DNA of 64,000 bases, taken from positions 5,738-69,737 of the forward strand of contig JALUUL010000079.1 in assembly GCA_027021385.1 (NCBI GenBank), given 5' to 3'. This stretch comes from Planctomycetota bacterium (GTDB lineage: Bacteria > Planctomycetota > UBA1135 > GCA-002748355). Below the pieces are notes generated by a model. That model saw only the letters and a program-made list of their open reading frames with translations, had not been told where the DNA came from and searched no databases. The position numbers and the translations under genes are program-made. Below, piece by piece: positions 1 to 8,986 of this stretch; positions within the stretch are counted from its first letter, which is position 1, and each line of letters starts with the position of its first letter.

Positions 1-230
1 CGTATGAGATATGGTCGAAATCCAAGAAGGAGCTTCCTTTCCTTCTAGGACTTTCCAGCAGAGCACTGGCGGTTCCTGAACACGACGAACCCGATTGAAT
101 CAATATTTGCGACGGTGCGCCTGCGTACGGAAAGGACCAAGGGGTCGGGCTCACGCACGGCCTGCCTGACCATGGTCTTCAAGCTCTCTCAGTCCACCAA
201 GTGTAAGTGACGGAAGCAGAACGGATGGCA
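1..230 (+). pseudogene. IS256-family (Mutator-type) transposase, C-terminal fragment entering from the left edge, disrupted by in-frame stops
   Basis: Frame-1 translation reads RRSFLSF*DFPAEHWRFLNTTNPIESIFATVRLRTERTKGSGSRTACLTMVFKLSQSTKCK*RKQNG. This carries the conserved DFPAEHW / TTNPIES / ATVR.RT core of IS256 transposases. TAG at 46-48 and TGA at 208-210 interrupt it. The right limit (about 215-280) is uncertain because it abuts the converging copy. Confidence 0.75.
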
Positions 231-883
231 GAGCAACAGTTGCGGTGTTAATCCTCGTTCGGTGTCCATGCTGAGGTAGATGCGTCCAGTCTCCCACTCC
301 TCTGAAATCTCGATCGCGACGGCGCTGACGAGTCGGAGCAGGGAGGCGGCGTTCGGAAAGAGCGTTGCAACGCGGGTGCGCCGCTTGATCTCGCGGCTCA
401 GGTGTTCGAGCGCGTTGCTCGTACGTAGTCGCTGGCGGTGCGCTGGCGGGAGCTCGAAGATGGACAGCCCGTCAGGGATGTTGTTCTCGAGCCACGCAGC
501 CAGGTCGGGAACCGTCTCGCGGTAGCGCTCGACAGCCAGGGCGAGCCGCTGTGATCGTCGCTCGTGATCATCCGCATCCCACACAGACCTCGTGCCCGGA
601 GTTCTTCCAGGAAGGTCTGCCAGTGGACTTCAGCTTCGGAGAGTGCCGCGCTGACATCGAGGATGCTTCGCTTGCCGTCCACGCCGACACCGACCGCCAT
701 CAGCACCGCGAAGTCTCGGACGCCGCCCCCGTATCCCCGCCTGTCCTCGGTCCGCTCGTGGGGGCCAGCCTCGAGGAAGGCCGACCGCTCGAGCTGCATG
801 GCTTCGTGGATCAGGGTCTGGACTGCCGAGCCGGCCCCTTCGAGTCCGTGCTCAGTCAGGACTTCCAGGGCCATGGCGATCAT
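189..883 (-). pseudogene. IS256-family transposase, decayed copy (frameshift plus internal deletions)
   Basis: Two overlapping ORFs lie in different frames (398..883 and 189..584). The N-part runs HERTEDRRGYGGG straight into AVLMAVGVGVDGKRSILDVS...FLEELRARGL...ITSDDH, so a large block of a normal IS256 enzyme is missing. The C-part has LPPAHRQRLRTSNALEHLSREIKRRTRVATLFPNAASLLRLVSAVAIEISEEWETGRIYLSM, the canonical C-terminal block. Confidence 0.8.
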
Positions 884-1507
884 CGTAGAATCGGGTTCGT
901 GGTGGGTCGTCTCGTGCCTCGTGGGGTTCGTAGGTGATCAATACGAAACACCGAGATGGCCGGCCACGCCAACCGATCGCTCCGGAAGGGCTCCTCTCGG
1001 GGGCGAGAGCCCTTCCTCCGCTCGGTCAGGCGGCCAGCGAATTTACACCGCTACTGATACACCCCCCGAAATGCTGCAGGCCTGAGCCTCACCGAATCCG
1101 CCGAAAGCCGGCGGGGTCGGGACCCACCCGCCTAACAGTTACGTCGCTTCGAGAAGAAGTGGACCGGATGCATCCGCATCTTGAACACCGTCCTAGACCA
1201 GTTCACAATCTTCTTTCCTGGCCGAATCCCTACCATCTGACAACACCATGGATTCTAGGATCTCAGCCGATTACACGGTTCTTCTAACGCTCCCGAGGGT
1301 GTTTGTTTCTTTCCGGAATCAAGGATATTCCGCTTTTCGTTTGTTAGGCCATAGTCCGAATCTATCGACAATATCTCCCCTGACATTTTTAATTATCTAG
1401 AAAGCAGCTCAGGAGAAAGAAAATTATGTTAGCGACCCTGTCTTGATACTGCTCATCTTTTCATTGAACAATTCTATGGTTCAGATAAATCCAGACAAGA
1501 GATAGCA

Positions 1508-2767
1508 ATGCTTGAGGCAGCAAATAGCAGGAATAGACTGTCACTGTTGGTCATCGGGCCGCGCATCTCGAGGGTTTCCATTGGAGAAGCATACTCCGCA
1601 TACAAACGGATCGAAGCCCTTTCTGAGCTGGCCGACTTGACGCTTTTTACTTCTCATTGCGATAGAAACCCTGTGAAGGAAAAGGACTTCCCTTTTGCGA
1701 AGAAAGTGGTTTCCTGGAAAGAACCTTCGGCCTCCTCCATCCTTGGCCGCCTCGATGAAAGGGTCAAGCCGACTTGGCCATTTTTTTATTATAAAGTCCG
1801 CCAATGGCTGAAGGACCAACGCAAGCGGGGGGTAACTTTTCACATCGCTCACCAAATCACACCTCAAGGTGCCCGTTATCCCACTCCACTCCGAGGGCTC
1901 GGCTTTCCTTACGTCATTGGCCCAGTGGGTGGAGGGCTGCCCCCGCCTCCCCCCCTTGCAGGGGAAATAAGCCCTTTATCTCTTACCCGAATTGCTCCGA
2001 TTGTAGATGCATTCCGTTCACGTTTCGATCCACTTCTTCGAAAATCTTTCGAAGAGGCTGCTATTGTTTTTGGAGTAGCACCTTATGTGGCGGACATCCT
2101 CGCCCCGTTCAAAGTTCGAGATTTCAGGGTTTTATCCGAGCGTTGTAACCCGAATTCAAAAAAGCCCCTTCCTCCGAAACTGTCCAGCCAGAGAATGGAG
2201 GGTCCGATTACGATTCTCCATGTTGGTCGAGTGATACGGACTAAAGGTCTCCTGGACACAATTCGAGCCATTGCTTTGCTGAAAGAATACCGGAACATCC
2301 ATCTTATTTCTGCCGGAGACGGTCCCAACCTCGAGCAATGTAGGAAAGAAGCGGGCCGCCTTGGGGTGGCGGATCGCGTGGATTTCCTTGGCCGAATAGA
2401 ACGTTCGGAAGTTGAAGAACTTTACAGGCGCGCCGACATTTTTTGTTTCCCCAGCTTCCGCGAACCGATGGGCGGTGTGCTCTTTGAAGCAATGTCCTGG
2501 AGCCTCCCGATTATTACAACTTCCTACGGTGGTCCCGATTTCATCCTGGATGATTCTTCTGCAATCAAGATTGAACCCGACGAGCCCATGCGGTTCGCGA
2601 GTAAGATTGCCGAAGCCCTAAGACGGTTGATCACGGACGTCCATCTACGAATGGAATTAGGTTCGTGCGCACGGGCTCGATTGGCCTCCCTTGAAACCTG
2701 GCGTGAAAACGCGGAGTGGATCCTCACGTGTTACAAGGAAGTATTGTCCAAAACTGTGGAGGACTGA
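1508..2767 (+). CDS. Glycosyltransferase, GT4 family (GT-B fold)
   Basis: 419-aa ORF. The C-terminal half has the GT4 pattern ILHVGRVIRTKGLLDTIRA...ISAGDGPN...VDFLGRI...ELYRRADIFCFPSFREPMGGVLFEAMSWSLPIITTSYGGP. Confidence 0.85.
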   Translation: MLEAANSRNRLSLLVIGPRISRVSIGEAYSAYKRIEALSELADLTLFTSHCDRNPVKEKDFPFAKKVVSWKEPSASSILGRLDERVKPTWPFFYYKVRQWLKDQRKRGVTFHIAHQITPQGARYPTPLRGLGFPYVIGPVGGGLPPPPPLAGEISPLSLTRIAPIVDAFRSRFDPLLRKSFEEAAIVFGVAPYVADILAPFKVRDFRVLSERCNPNSKKPLPPKLSSQRMEGPITILHVGRVIRTKGLLDTIRAIALLKEYRNIHLISAGDGPNLEQCRKEAGRLGVADRVDFLGRIERSEVEELYRRADIFCFPSFREPMGGVLFEAMSWSLPIITTSYGGPDFILDDSSAIKIEPDEPMRFASKIAEALRRLITDVHLRMELGSCARARLASLETWRENAEWILTCYKEVLSKTVED

Positions 2768-2949
2768 ATCACGCGGCGACCTTGGTTCCATCTATGAATT
2801 GCACTCATCAAATGTGACAGGTTACCAGGATAATTGCGGCCTTCGACACTTGGAAGGGAGGCAAACCCATGATGGTTGCGAGGTCCAAACCGTCGCGAGG
2901 CGGCGGTTGACTAGATTCGGGGCTCTGCCCGAAGGGTAGGGAGTTCCAC

Positions 2950-3309
2950 GTGGGGGCGATCGTTTTCCACAGATCCTCCGGAGGGGCAAGGAAGCGAAGA
3001 TCTGTGTGTTTTTCGAATGGATTCAAGGAGCGTATGGTCCAGAGGATGTCGGGACCAGAGTGGATCAACGCGACGGCCCTGGCAAAGAAAGTTGGTGTTT
3101 CGGAGTCGTCGCTATCGCAATGGCTTAGTGTGACGTCTACTGTGTGCACCATGGATAGGACGCAAGACAACCAAAGGGATGGCGGCAAGGTACCTCATCG
3201 CTGGACTGAGGAGGGAGAAGCTCCGTCTCCCGATCGAGGCGTTGAGCCTGTCGAACGAAGACCTCGAGGCGTTCTTGAGGAAGAAGACTTGCACACACAC
3301 CGCAAGTGA
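2950..3309 (+). pseudogene. IS3-family transposase OrfA-like (HTH) remnant, frameshifted
   Basis: FSNGFKERMVQRMSGPEWINATALAKKVGVSESSLSQWL is a typical IS3/IS911 OrfA helix-turn-helix. After HRWTEEG a +1 shift restores EKLRLPIEALSLSNEDLEAFLRKK (compare WTAEEKLR..LEA..LSDEELGAFLRREGL). No OrfB/integrase follows. Confidence 0.6.
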
Positions 3310-3390
3310 TGGAAGCTGAATGGATACAAACTCCTCGGGGATGTCCTCCAAGGAGTCCATTTCAAGGACGGAACCAAGGTTGCCGCGTGA
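3301..3390 (+). mobile_element. Orphan IS256-family transposase C-terminal tail fragment
   Basis: 3310..3390 translates WKLNGYKLLGDVLQGVHFKDGTKVAA*. This matches the W(R)KLNG..LL..V..GV.F.DG tail that ends IS256 transposases. It is preceded by AAG TGA, as in the copy at 205-210. Confidence 0.55.
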
Positions 3391-3478
3391 TTCAGCCATC
3401 CACAGCTCTTGACAATCCCCATGAGAATCTTGAGATCCATGGATTGTCTGCTTTCAAGCGCGTGATGTCGTAAGGGCG

Positions 3479-4171
3479 ATGAGAACCCTTCTGCGACTTG
3501 CGAATGTTCGTGACCCCGGATCCTTGGCATGCAGACTCCGAGCCAAGAGATTCAATCTGTTCTTGTCGTTGATCTCCGATCTCGAGGCTCCTGTCAGGAT
3601 CGTTGATCTCGGGGGGACTGTGAATTTCTGGGAGACGATGGGAGTCGCCGGCGATTCTTCCTTCCATGTCACCGTTGTCAATATCGACCCTCAGGATTCG
3701 TCCTTTTCGAATATTCGATTTGTCGAGGCTGATGCAACGAATCTTTCCATGTTTCATGAGGACGAATTCGATGTCGGCTTCAGTAACTCCGCGATTGAGC
3801 ATCTTTTCAGTTTCGAAAACCAAAAGAAAATGGCGAGTGAGATCTTGCGTGTCGCCAAATCGATTTGGGTGCAAACTCCCAACTACTGGTTTCCGGTCGA
3901 GCCTCATTTCCTTTGTCCATTCTGGCAGTTCATGCCCGTCCCCGTTCGAGCTTTCATTGTAAGCAAGATGAGGGTCGGTCAGAGAGGGCCCTATCCTTCG
4001 TATGAAAAGGCTCTGGAGTCGGTGCGCGAGATAAGGTTGCTGTCCCGTAGAGATTTGAACCGATTGTTTCCTTCTGGTGAAATCTTTCCAGAGAAGTTCT
4101 TCCTGTTGAACAAGTCCTGGATCGTGGTCGATGGCGAGCTGAAACGATTTCTGAATGATCTTCGTTTGTAG
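3479..4171 (+). CDS. Class I SAM-dependent methyltransferase
   Basis: 230 aa. Motif I is VRIVDLGGTVNFWE, with an acidic loop VVNIDPQD and post-I/II FVEADATNL...FDVGFSNSAIEHL. The antisense ORF 3392..3907 is rejected. Confidence 0.8.
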   Translation: MRTLLRLANVRDPGSLACRLRAKRFNLFLSLISDLEAPVRIVDLGGTVNFWETMGVAGDSSFHVTVVNIDPQDSSFSNIRFVEADATNLSMFHEDEFDVGFSNSAIEHLFSFENQKKMASEILRVAKSIWVQTPNYWFPVEPHFLCPFWQFMPVPVRAFIVSKMRVGQRGPYPSYEKALESVREIRLLSRRDLNRLFPSGEIFPEKFFLLNKSWIVVDGELKRFLNDLRL

Positions 4172-5285
4172 TTCCGACTGGCAGCTGGGGATGCGGAGGT
4201 GGTTCCTCGAGGGGGAGGCCCAGGCCAGGTTCGATCAGGCGAGGTTGGAAGCCGCGCGGCGGGTCGGGGAGATCGCGGGGGGGATCGGGGCGGATTTCGT
4301 TCTCGTCGCGGGGGATGTCTTCGAATCCAACCAAGTCGGAGAGGGGGTCGTCCGGAGGGCCGTCGAGGTTCTCCGAGGATACGAGGCGCCGGTCTTTCTC
4401 CTCGCGGGGAACCATGACCCCCTGGACGGGGGCGCGGTGTGGAGGAGCCCGGTATTCCTCGACCGCCTGTCCGATCTCGTGACGGTCCTCGAGCCCGGGC
4501 GAGGGTACCGGCCCGTCCCCGGAGTCGAGGTCAGGGGGGCTCCCTGGTTGAGCCGGAAGCCTGTTCCCAATCCCCTGATCGAGGTCCTGGAAGGACTCGA
4601 AGCTCCCGATGGAATTCGGGTCATGGTCGGTCACGGAGGGGTGCCGGAGATCGGGGGACCGAATGCCGGGGGGGCGGAACTGCCCCTCGAGGTCCTGGAG
4701 CGGGCGGCCGGCGAGGGGCTCTTCCATTTTCTGGCGCTGGGGGACAGGCATTCGTTGACCGAGGTCGGAACGAGCGGAAGGGTCTGGTATTCGGGGACCC
4801 CGGAAGTCACCGACTTCGTCGAGCGGAGGCCCGGGACCGCGATTTCGGTCGATCTTCCCGAGGACGGGGGACCGCCTCGGGTCGAGGTCCACCAGATCGG
4901 CACCTGGAAGTTCGAGGAGTCGGAGGTCCGGATTCGGGACGCCGGGGACGTCGAGCGGTTCCTCGAGGATCTAGAGTCGAGAGAGGGGAAGGAACGGACG
5001 GTCCTCAAACTGGTCCTGGATCTGTGGGGTGAGGCCGAGGTCCTGAGGGGGTTCGAACGGGCGCTCGAGGATTGGCGCGGGGTCTACGGCGCCCTTTTCA
5101 CCTCGAGGGGGCGGAGTCGTTGGAGGGTGCGGAGGCCGGCTAAGAGCGCCGAGGAACTCGGACTTCGGGGGATCGCGAGGGATGTTTGGGAGGAACTCGG
5201 GCGGCGCGCGGAAGGGGAGAGCCGGGACGCGCGAATCGCCGCCGAGGCCCTGTTTCTGTTCCAGGATCTCGCGACGAGGCAATAG
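4155..5285 (+). CDS. Metallophosphoesterase, SbcD/Mre11-like nuclease subunit (Rv1277-type, DWQLG subfamily)
   Basis: N-terminus MIFVCSSDWQLGM, then ADFVLVAGDVFES and VFLLAGNHDP (calcineurin-like phosphoesterase motifs I-III). It sits immediately upstream of an SMC-like ATPase. The start overlaps the methyltransferase stop by 17 nt. Confidence 0.8.
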   Translation: MIFVCSSDWQLGMRRWFLEGEAQARFDQARLEAARRVGEIAGGIGADFVLVAGDVFESNQVGEGVVRRAVEVLRGYEAPVFLLAGNHDPLDGGAVWRSPVFLDRLSDLVTVLEPGRGYRPVPGVEVRGAPWLSRKPVPNPLIEVLEGLEAPDGIRVMVGHGGVPEIGGPNAGGAELPLEVLERAAGEGLFHFLALGDRHSLTEVGTSGRVWYSGTPEVTDFVERRPGTAISVDLPEDGGPPRVEVHQIGTWKFEESEVRIRDAGDVERFLEDLESREGKERTVLKLVLDLWGEAEVLRGFERALEDWRGVYGALFTSRGRSRWRVRRPAKSAEELGLRGIARDVWEELGRRAEGESRDARIAAEALFLFQDLATRQ

Positions 5286-5296
5286 AGTCTCCCCCG

Positions 5297-7813
5297 ATGA
5301 GGCTTCTGGCTCTGGAAGTCCAGAATTTCCGGGGGATCTCCCGGGCGCGGATCGTTCCTTCATGGGAAGGGGTGACGGTCGTTCACGGGCCGAACGAGGT
5401 CGGGAAATCGAGTCTCTGCGAAGCCCTGTCGCTCTGTTTCGATCTTCCCGCCGATTCCCGGCATGCCCGGGTGAGGGCCGTCCGGACCGTCGGTCTCGAC
5501 CGCGGGCCGGCGGTCGAGGTCTCGATGGAACTCGAAGGCCGCAGGCTCGAATACCGGAAGCGCTTCCTGAAGGAACCCGAGGAGACCTTGACGGAGATCG
5601 TCCTCCTTTCCCGGGACGAGGTGGCGGAGGGTCCCCGGGACGAAGTGGCGGGGCGGTCTCTCTCCTTCTCGGGTCGGGAAGCCCATGATCGGATCCGGGA
5701 ACTTCTCGAAGGATCCGCGGGCTACGAGCTGTTCCGGGCCCTTCTTTCCGAACAGGGGCGGGGAGCGGATCTCGTGCATCTGGAACGAGCGGAAGGTCTG
5801 CTCGGGATTCTCGAGGCGGACGCGGGGGAGCTGGAGGGCGGGGACCTCGCGGGGCGGATCCTGGAGACCTACGAGGAAAGCTGGACGGGCACCGGCCGGG
5901 TGAAGAGGAACGGGGTCCTGGATCTCGCGCGGAAGAGGCTCGAGGAGGCGGAATCGAGGTGCCGGATTCTGAACCGTGAGGCCGGAGAACTCGAGGCCGA
6001 CCTGAAGGCCTTGGAGGTTTGTCGGAATCGCCTTCCGGATCTGATCCGAGCCCGCAATCGATGGAGGAAGGAGGTCGAGGGAAGACGGGGGAAGTGGGAG
6101 GAGGTCCGGGCTCTCGAACAGAAGCTCCGGAAGACGGAGGCGGAAGAGAAAGAGGCCGGAGCTCGATTCCAGGAGCTTCGAAGCCGCCTCGAGGCCCGGG
6201 AGGAGAAGGCGGAGGAGGAGCGCGGGCTTTCGGGGCGCCTGGAGAAACTGGATCACCGGATCCGAGAAGGGGAGATCCGGATTCTCGAGAGTGCGATCCG
6301 GATCGCGAAGGAGCTTTCTTCGAGGCGGGAGGAATGCGAGCGCCTTCTCGAAGGCGACGGCCCCGGTCCGGAGTCCGGGGAAGAGGCGGACCGCCTGGAA
6401 ACCGCTCTCGCCGCCCTCGGGAGGGCCGGGCGCGAAGGGGAGGGAGGCAGGGTTCGTCTCGAGGCCCTCCGTCGTCTCGAGTTGCGGGGTTCGGATGCCC
6501 CGGAGCTCGAGGAGGGAGAGGTCCTGGAGATCGATTTGGACAGGGAGCGGGTTTTGGAGATCCCGGGAATCCTCCGTCTCCATCTCCTTCCCGGAACCTG
6601 GGAACCTGAACAACGGAAGAAGCGCGAATGCCTGGAACGGAAACTCCGGAGCCTGTTGGCCCAGTGGGAATGCGTTTCGGTCGAAGAACTCCGGGGGACC
6701 GTCCGGAGGAGGGAGGCGGCCCGGAAGGAGTCCCGGGAACTGGAATCCCTCCAGCGGAGCCTGGAGGCGATGATCCGACCGGTGTTTCCGGCGGTCGTGC
6801 CGGAAGAGGGGCCGCGGGCTCCGGGGCGGCGGACCTGGGCGGAGGATCTCGAGAGGGTTCTGGAGGAAATCCGGGGGGACGAGGAGCGAGGAGCCTGGAC
6901 CTCCTCTCCCGGTCTGGATCGAGGGCGGGTCGAGGAGACCCTGGAGGAGGTTCGAGGGCTCGTCGGCCGCCTCCTCTCGGACCGGCGGGAAGCTTCGAGT
7001 CTTAAGGAGATGCTTCGGGTCCTTCGCCGGCGTCTCGAGGAGGATCGGGAGGAGATGACCGATCCGGAACTGCGCGCGGCCGTCGAGAAGGCGGAGAAGG
7101 ACCTTGAGGGGAGAAGGGCCGCACTCGATCGAGCCGAACGGGAGGCCGAGGCGGCCTCCCTGGAGGAAGTGAAACAGGGCCTCGAGGAGGCCTTGCGGGA
7201 GGAACGCAAGGCGGAACAGGAACTGGAGCGTTGCCGGAGGGATGCGGACCGTCTCGAGGGGAGGCTCGAACGCCGCAGGGCGGACGGGCTCTACGAGGAG
7301 ATCGAGGAGGCCGAGCGGGAACGGCTCCGGGCCGAGGAGGAGGCCGAGCGGGTCGAACGCCGGGCCGCCGCCGCCGCGCTCCTGAAGCGATGTTGGGAGG
7401 AGGCGAGGGAGAAGCGGAGCGTGGCCTGGAAGAACCCGCTGGAAGGGTCGATCGCGGAACTCGGCCGCGGTCTCTGGGGGGAGGGTTTCGGCGTCCGCCT
7501 GGACGAGAACCTCAAGATCGAAGCCAGGATCCTCGAGGGGCGGGAACTGCCCTTCGAAGCCTTGAGCTTCGGTGCGAGGGAGCAGCTGGCCCTCCTCCAT
7601 CGCCTTGCATGCTGCCGTTTGTTCACGAAGGAGGGGCGGGCCTTCCCCTTGGTCCTCGACGACTGCTTCGGGCACAGCGACCCGGAGCGCATGGCTCGGA
7701 TCGGGAGGGTGCTGTCCCGTCCTCCGGCGGGGATGCAGATCCTGATCTTCACCTGTGTCCCGGAACGTTATCGGGGGATCGAGGGTGCTCTCTTTCTTCC
7801 GCTCTCTTCCTGA
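5297..7813 (+). CDS. SbcC/Rad50-like AAA ATPase with long coiled coil (Rv1278-type)
   Basis: Re-called start MRLLALEVQNFRG at 5297 (the track starts at 5186). Walker A is HGPNEVGKSSL, followed by a very long E/R/L-rich coiled coil. The C-terminus has signature LSFGAREQLALL and Walker B FPLVLDDCFGHSD. Confidence 0.85.
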   Translation: MRLLALEVQNFRGISRARIVPSWEGVTVVHGPNEVGKSSLCEALSLCFDLPADSRHARVRAVRTVGLDRGPAVEVSMELEGRRLEYRKRFLKEPEETLTEIVLLSRDEVAEGPRDEVAGRSLSFSGREAHDRIRELLEGSAGYELFRALLSEQGRGADLVHLERAEGLLGILEADAGELEGGDLAGRILETYEESWTGTGRVKRNGVLDLARKRLEEAESRCRILNREAGELEADLKALEVCRNRLPDLIRARNRWRKEVEGRRGKWEEVRALEQKLRKTEAEEKEAGARFQELRSRLEAREEKAEEERGLSGRLEKLDHRIREGEIRILESAIRIAKELSSRREECERLLEGDGPGPESGEEADRLETALAALGRAGREGEGGRVRLEALRRLELRGSDAPELEEGEVLEIDLDRERVLEIPGILRLHLLPGTWEPEQRKKRECLERKLRSLLAQWECVSVEELRGTVRRREAARKESRELESLQRSLEAMIRPVFPAVVPEEGPRAPGRRTWAEDLERVLEEIRGDEERGAWTSSPGLDRGRVEETLEEVRGLVGRLLSDRREASSLKEMLRVLRRRLEEDREEMTDPELRAAVEKAEKDLEGRRAALDRAEREAEAASLEEVKQGLEEALREERKAEQELERCRRDADRLEGRLERRRADGLYEEIEEAERERLRAEEEAERVERRAAAAALLKRCWEEAREKRSVAWKNPLEGSIAELGRGLWGEGFGVRLDENLKIEARILEGRELPFEALSFGAREQLALLHRLACCRLFTKEGRAFPLVLDDCFGHSDPERMARIGRVLSRPPAGMQILIFTCVPERYRGIEGALFLPLSS

Positions 7814-8598
7814 TCGAGCGAGGCGAGAGCCTGTTCGATCCTCTCCCTGCAGATCCGGGCGAGTTCCTTGCGGTCCTTCCCCCGGACCGCGGCCCCGAGG
7901 AAGATGATCTCCGCATCGAAGGACCGCAGGCCGAGGATCCTGAGAAAGTGGGCGAGGAAGGATTCGTTCCCGGTCCAGGAGAGGGCGGACGAGTCCGGGA
8001 CACTTCCTCGAGGAGCACCGTACCTGAGGCAGGCCAGGTGAACGGGGAACTCCAGATCGCAGGGGAGCTGGAACAATGCGCTCTTGAAGGGGAGAAGGGC
8101 TTTCCCGTCGTTCGTCGTCCCCTCGGGGAAGAAGATCAGGCCTCCGCCCCGGGTGAGCCGGGACCGCATCCCTTCGAGGGTTCGGGGGAGATCGGTGGGG
8201 CGGAGTCGGTCCAGGAACAGGGTTCCGGCGCTCCACGCGAGCAGGCCGACGAGAGGCCATCTCCGGACTTCTCTCTTCGAGAGGAAGTTCCCTCCGCACG
8301 CGGAGGAAAGGACGAGGATATCGGTCCAGGAGAGGTGGTTGCAGACGAGGAGGAAGGGGGGGGGCGGGGGTTCGGAAGCCATGCGGACCCTCAGGCCCAG
8401 GATCCCGCAGCAGGAGGCGCCCCAGATCCGGAGCAGTCTCCTCTGCCAGGAGATGGTGAGCGCGGGCCGGAAGAAAAGGAGAAGTTTTCCGAGGACCAGG
8501 ATCGTCCAGAGAAAAAACGTGGAGAGGAGAAGGAGGAGGAGGTGTGGGAGGATGAGCCGGAGAAGGGGCGCCGGGGTCTTGGAAGGGGCCGAGGACAT
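7768..8598 (-). CDS. plsC: 1-acyl-sn-glycerol-3-phosphate acyltransferase (lysophospholipid acyltransferase)
   Basis: N-terminal TM segment. The HX4D motif is in LLVCNHLSWTDILVL, followed by FFPEGTTNDG. Confidence 0.85.
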   Translation of the reverse strand: MSSAPSKTPAPLLRLILPHLLLLLLSTFFLWTILVLGKLLLFFRPALTISWQRRLLRIWGASCCGILGLRVRMASEPPPPPFLLVCNHLSWTDILVLSSACGGNFLSKREVRRWPLVGLLAWSAGTLFLDRLRPTDLPRTLEGMRSRLTRGGGLIFFPEGTTNDGKALLPFKSALFQLPCDLEFPVHLACLRYGAPRGSVPDSSALSWTGNESFLAHFLRILGLRSFDAEIIFLGAAVRGKDRKELARICRERIEQALASLDQEESGRKRAPSIPR

Positions 8599-8614
8599 GG
8601 GCCTTCGCGGAGTT

Positions 8615-8941
8615 TCAGCGGTACCAGATGACGCGCACCTTCTCCAGGGTCGCGAGTCCTTCTCCGACCATGTGCTCGAGTTCGGCGAGAAGGAGATCGA
8701 TCTTCTCCTGCTTGTCGACGATCTCCACGACGATCGGCAGATCCTCGGACAGTCTTAGGACCTTGGCGGTGTGGAGGACGCTCTTCTTGCCGAAACCCAT
8801 CGGCCCCCTGAGGACCGTCGCCCCCGCGAGGTGGAGTTCCCTCGCCTTCGAGACGATGGCCTCGTACAGGGGTTTCCCTTCGAAGCGGTCGTTTTCGCCC
8901 AGGAACACCCGGAGCAGCACGGCTTCACCCGATTCCATCAT
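8615..8941 (-). CDS. DUF190 domain protein (PII-like fold, commonly linked to crcB)
   Basis: 108 aa: LLRVFLGENDRFEGKPLYEAIV...ARELHLAGATVLRGPMGFG...LPIVVEIVD. It lies 45 nt downstream of crcB. Confidence 0.8.
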   Translation of the reverse strand: MMESGEAVLLRVFLGENDRFEGKPLYEAIVSKARELHLAGATVLRGPMGFGKKSVLHTAKVLRLSEDLPIVVEIVDKQEKIDLLLAELEHMVGEGLATLEKVRVIWYR

Positions 8942-8986
8942 GGTCGATCTCCGATCTCCCGGGGATTCTCGGCGAGGGGACCCGGC

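Larger units (their letters stand above)
1290..4170. other. Lower-G+C accessory islet bracketed and interrupted by IS debris (GT4 gene, IS3 OrfA remnant, IS256 tail, methyltransferase)
   Basis: By eye the sequence changes from GC-saturated to A/T-rich runs, e.g. 1300-1500 tttttaattatctagaaag and aaaattatgttagc. High G+C returns abruptly about 4175-4190, inside the first codons of the SbcD-like gene. I did not compute an exact G+C value. Confidence 0.6.

Noticed and set aside
934-1287. 117-aa ORF and a GC hairpin (about 985-1015) between the IS256 remnant and the GT4 gene
   Set aside because: The translation has no motif and the composition is non-coding-like. The region is more plausibly the decayed IS256 end or leader. 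I could not identify terminal inverted repeats with confidence.
5186-5296. N-terminal extensions suggested by the ORF track (also 20459-21082 for mqnD, 31477-31743 for accA, 32594-33637 for the anti-sigma, 37289-38131, 46175-46474, 50511-50789, 53495-53743, 56238-57923, 58577-58897, 60891-61034)
   Set aside because: The extensions overlap upstream genes, are low-complexity, and precede internal starts that match the normal N-termini of the families. Several of those internal starts form ATGA/GTGA overlaps or have Shine-Dalgarno-like sequences.
4155-7813. SbcD/SbcC-like pair as a Lamassu/Wadjet/Gabija-type defence system next to IS debris
   Set aside because: The two-gene architecture, DWQLG phosphoesterase and roughly 840-aa ATPase match the conserved housekeeping Rv1277/Rv1278-type pair. 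No effector, kleisin, helicase or additional defence-type gene accompanies it.
5360-8299. 979-aa ORF on the minus strand
   Set aside because: It is antisense to the well-supported SbcC-like ATPase. The translation is P/R/G/L-rich with no motifs, which is typical shadow-ORF behaviour in GC3-rich DNA. It would also collide with plsC.
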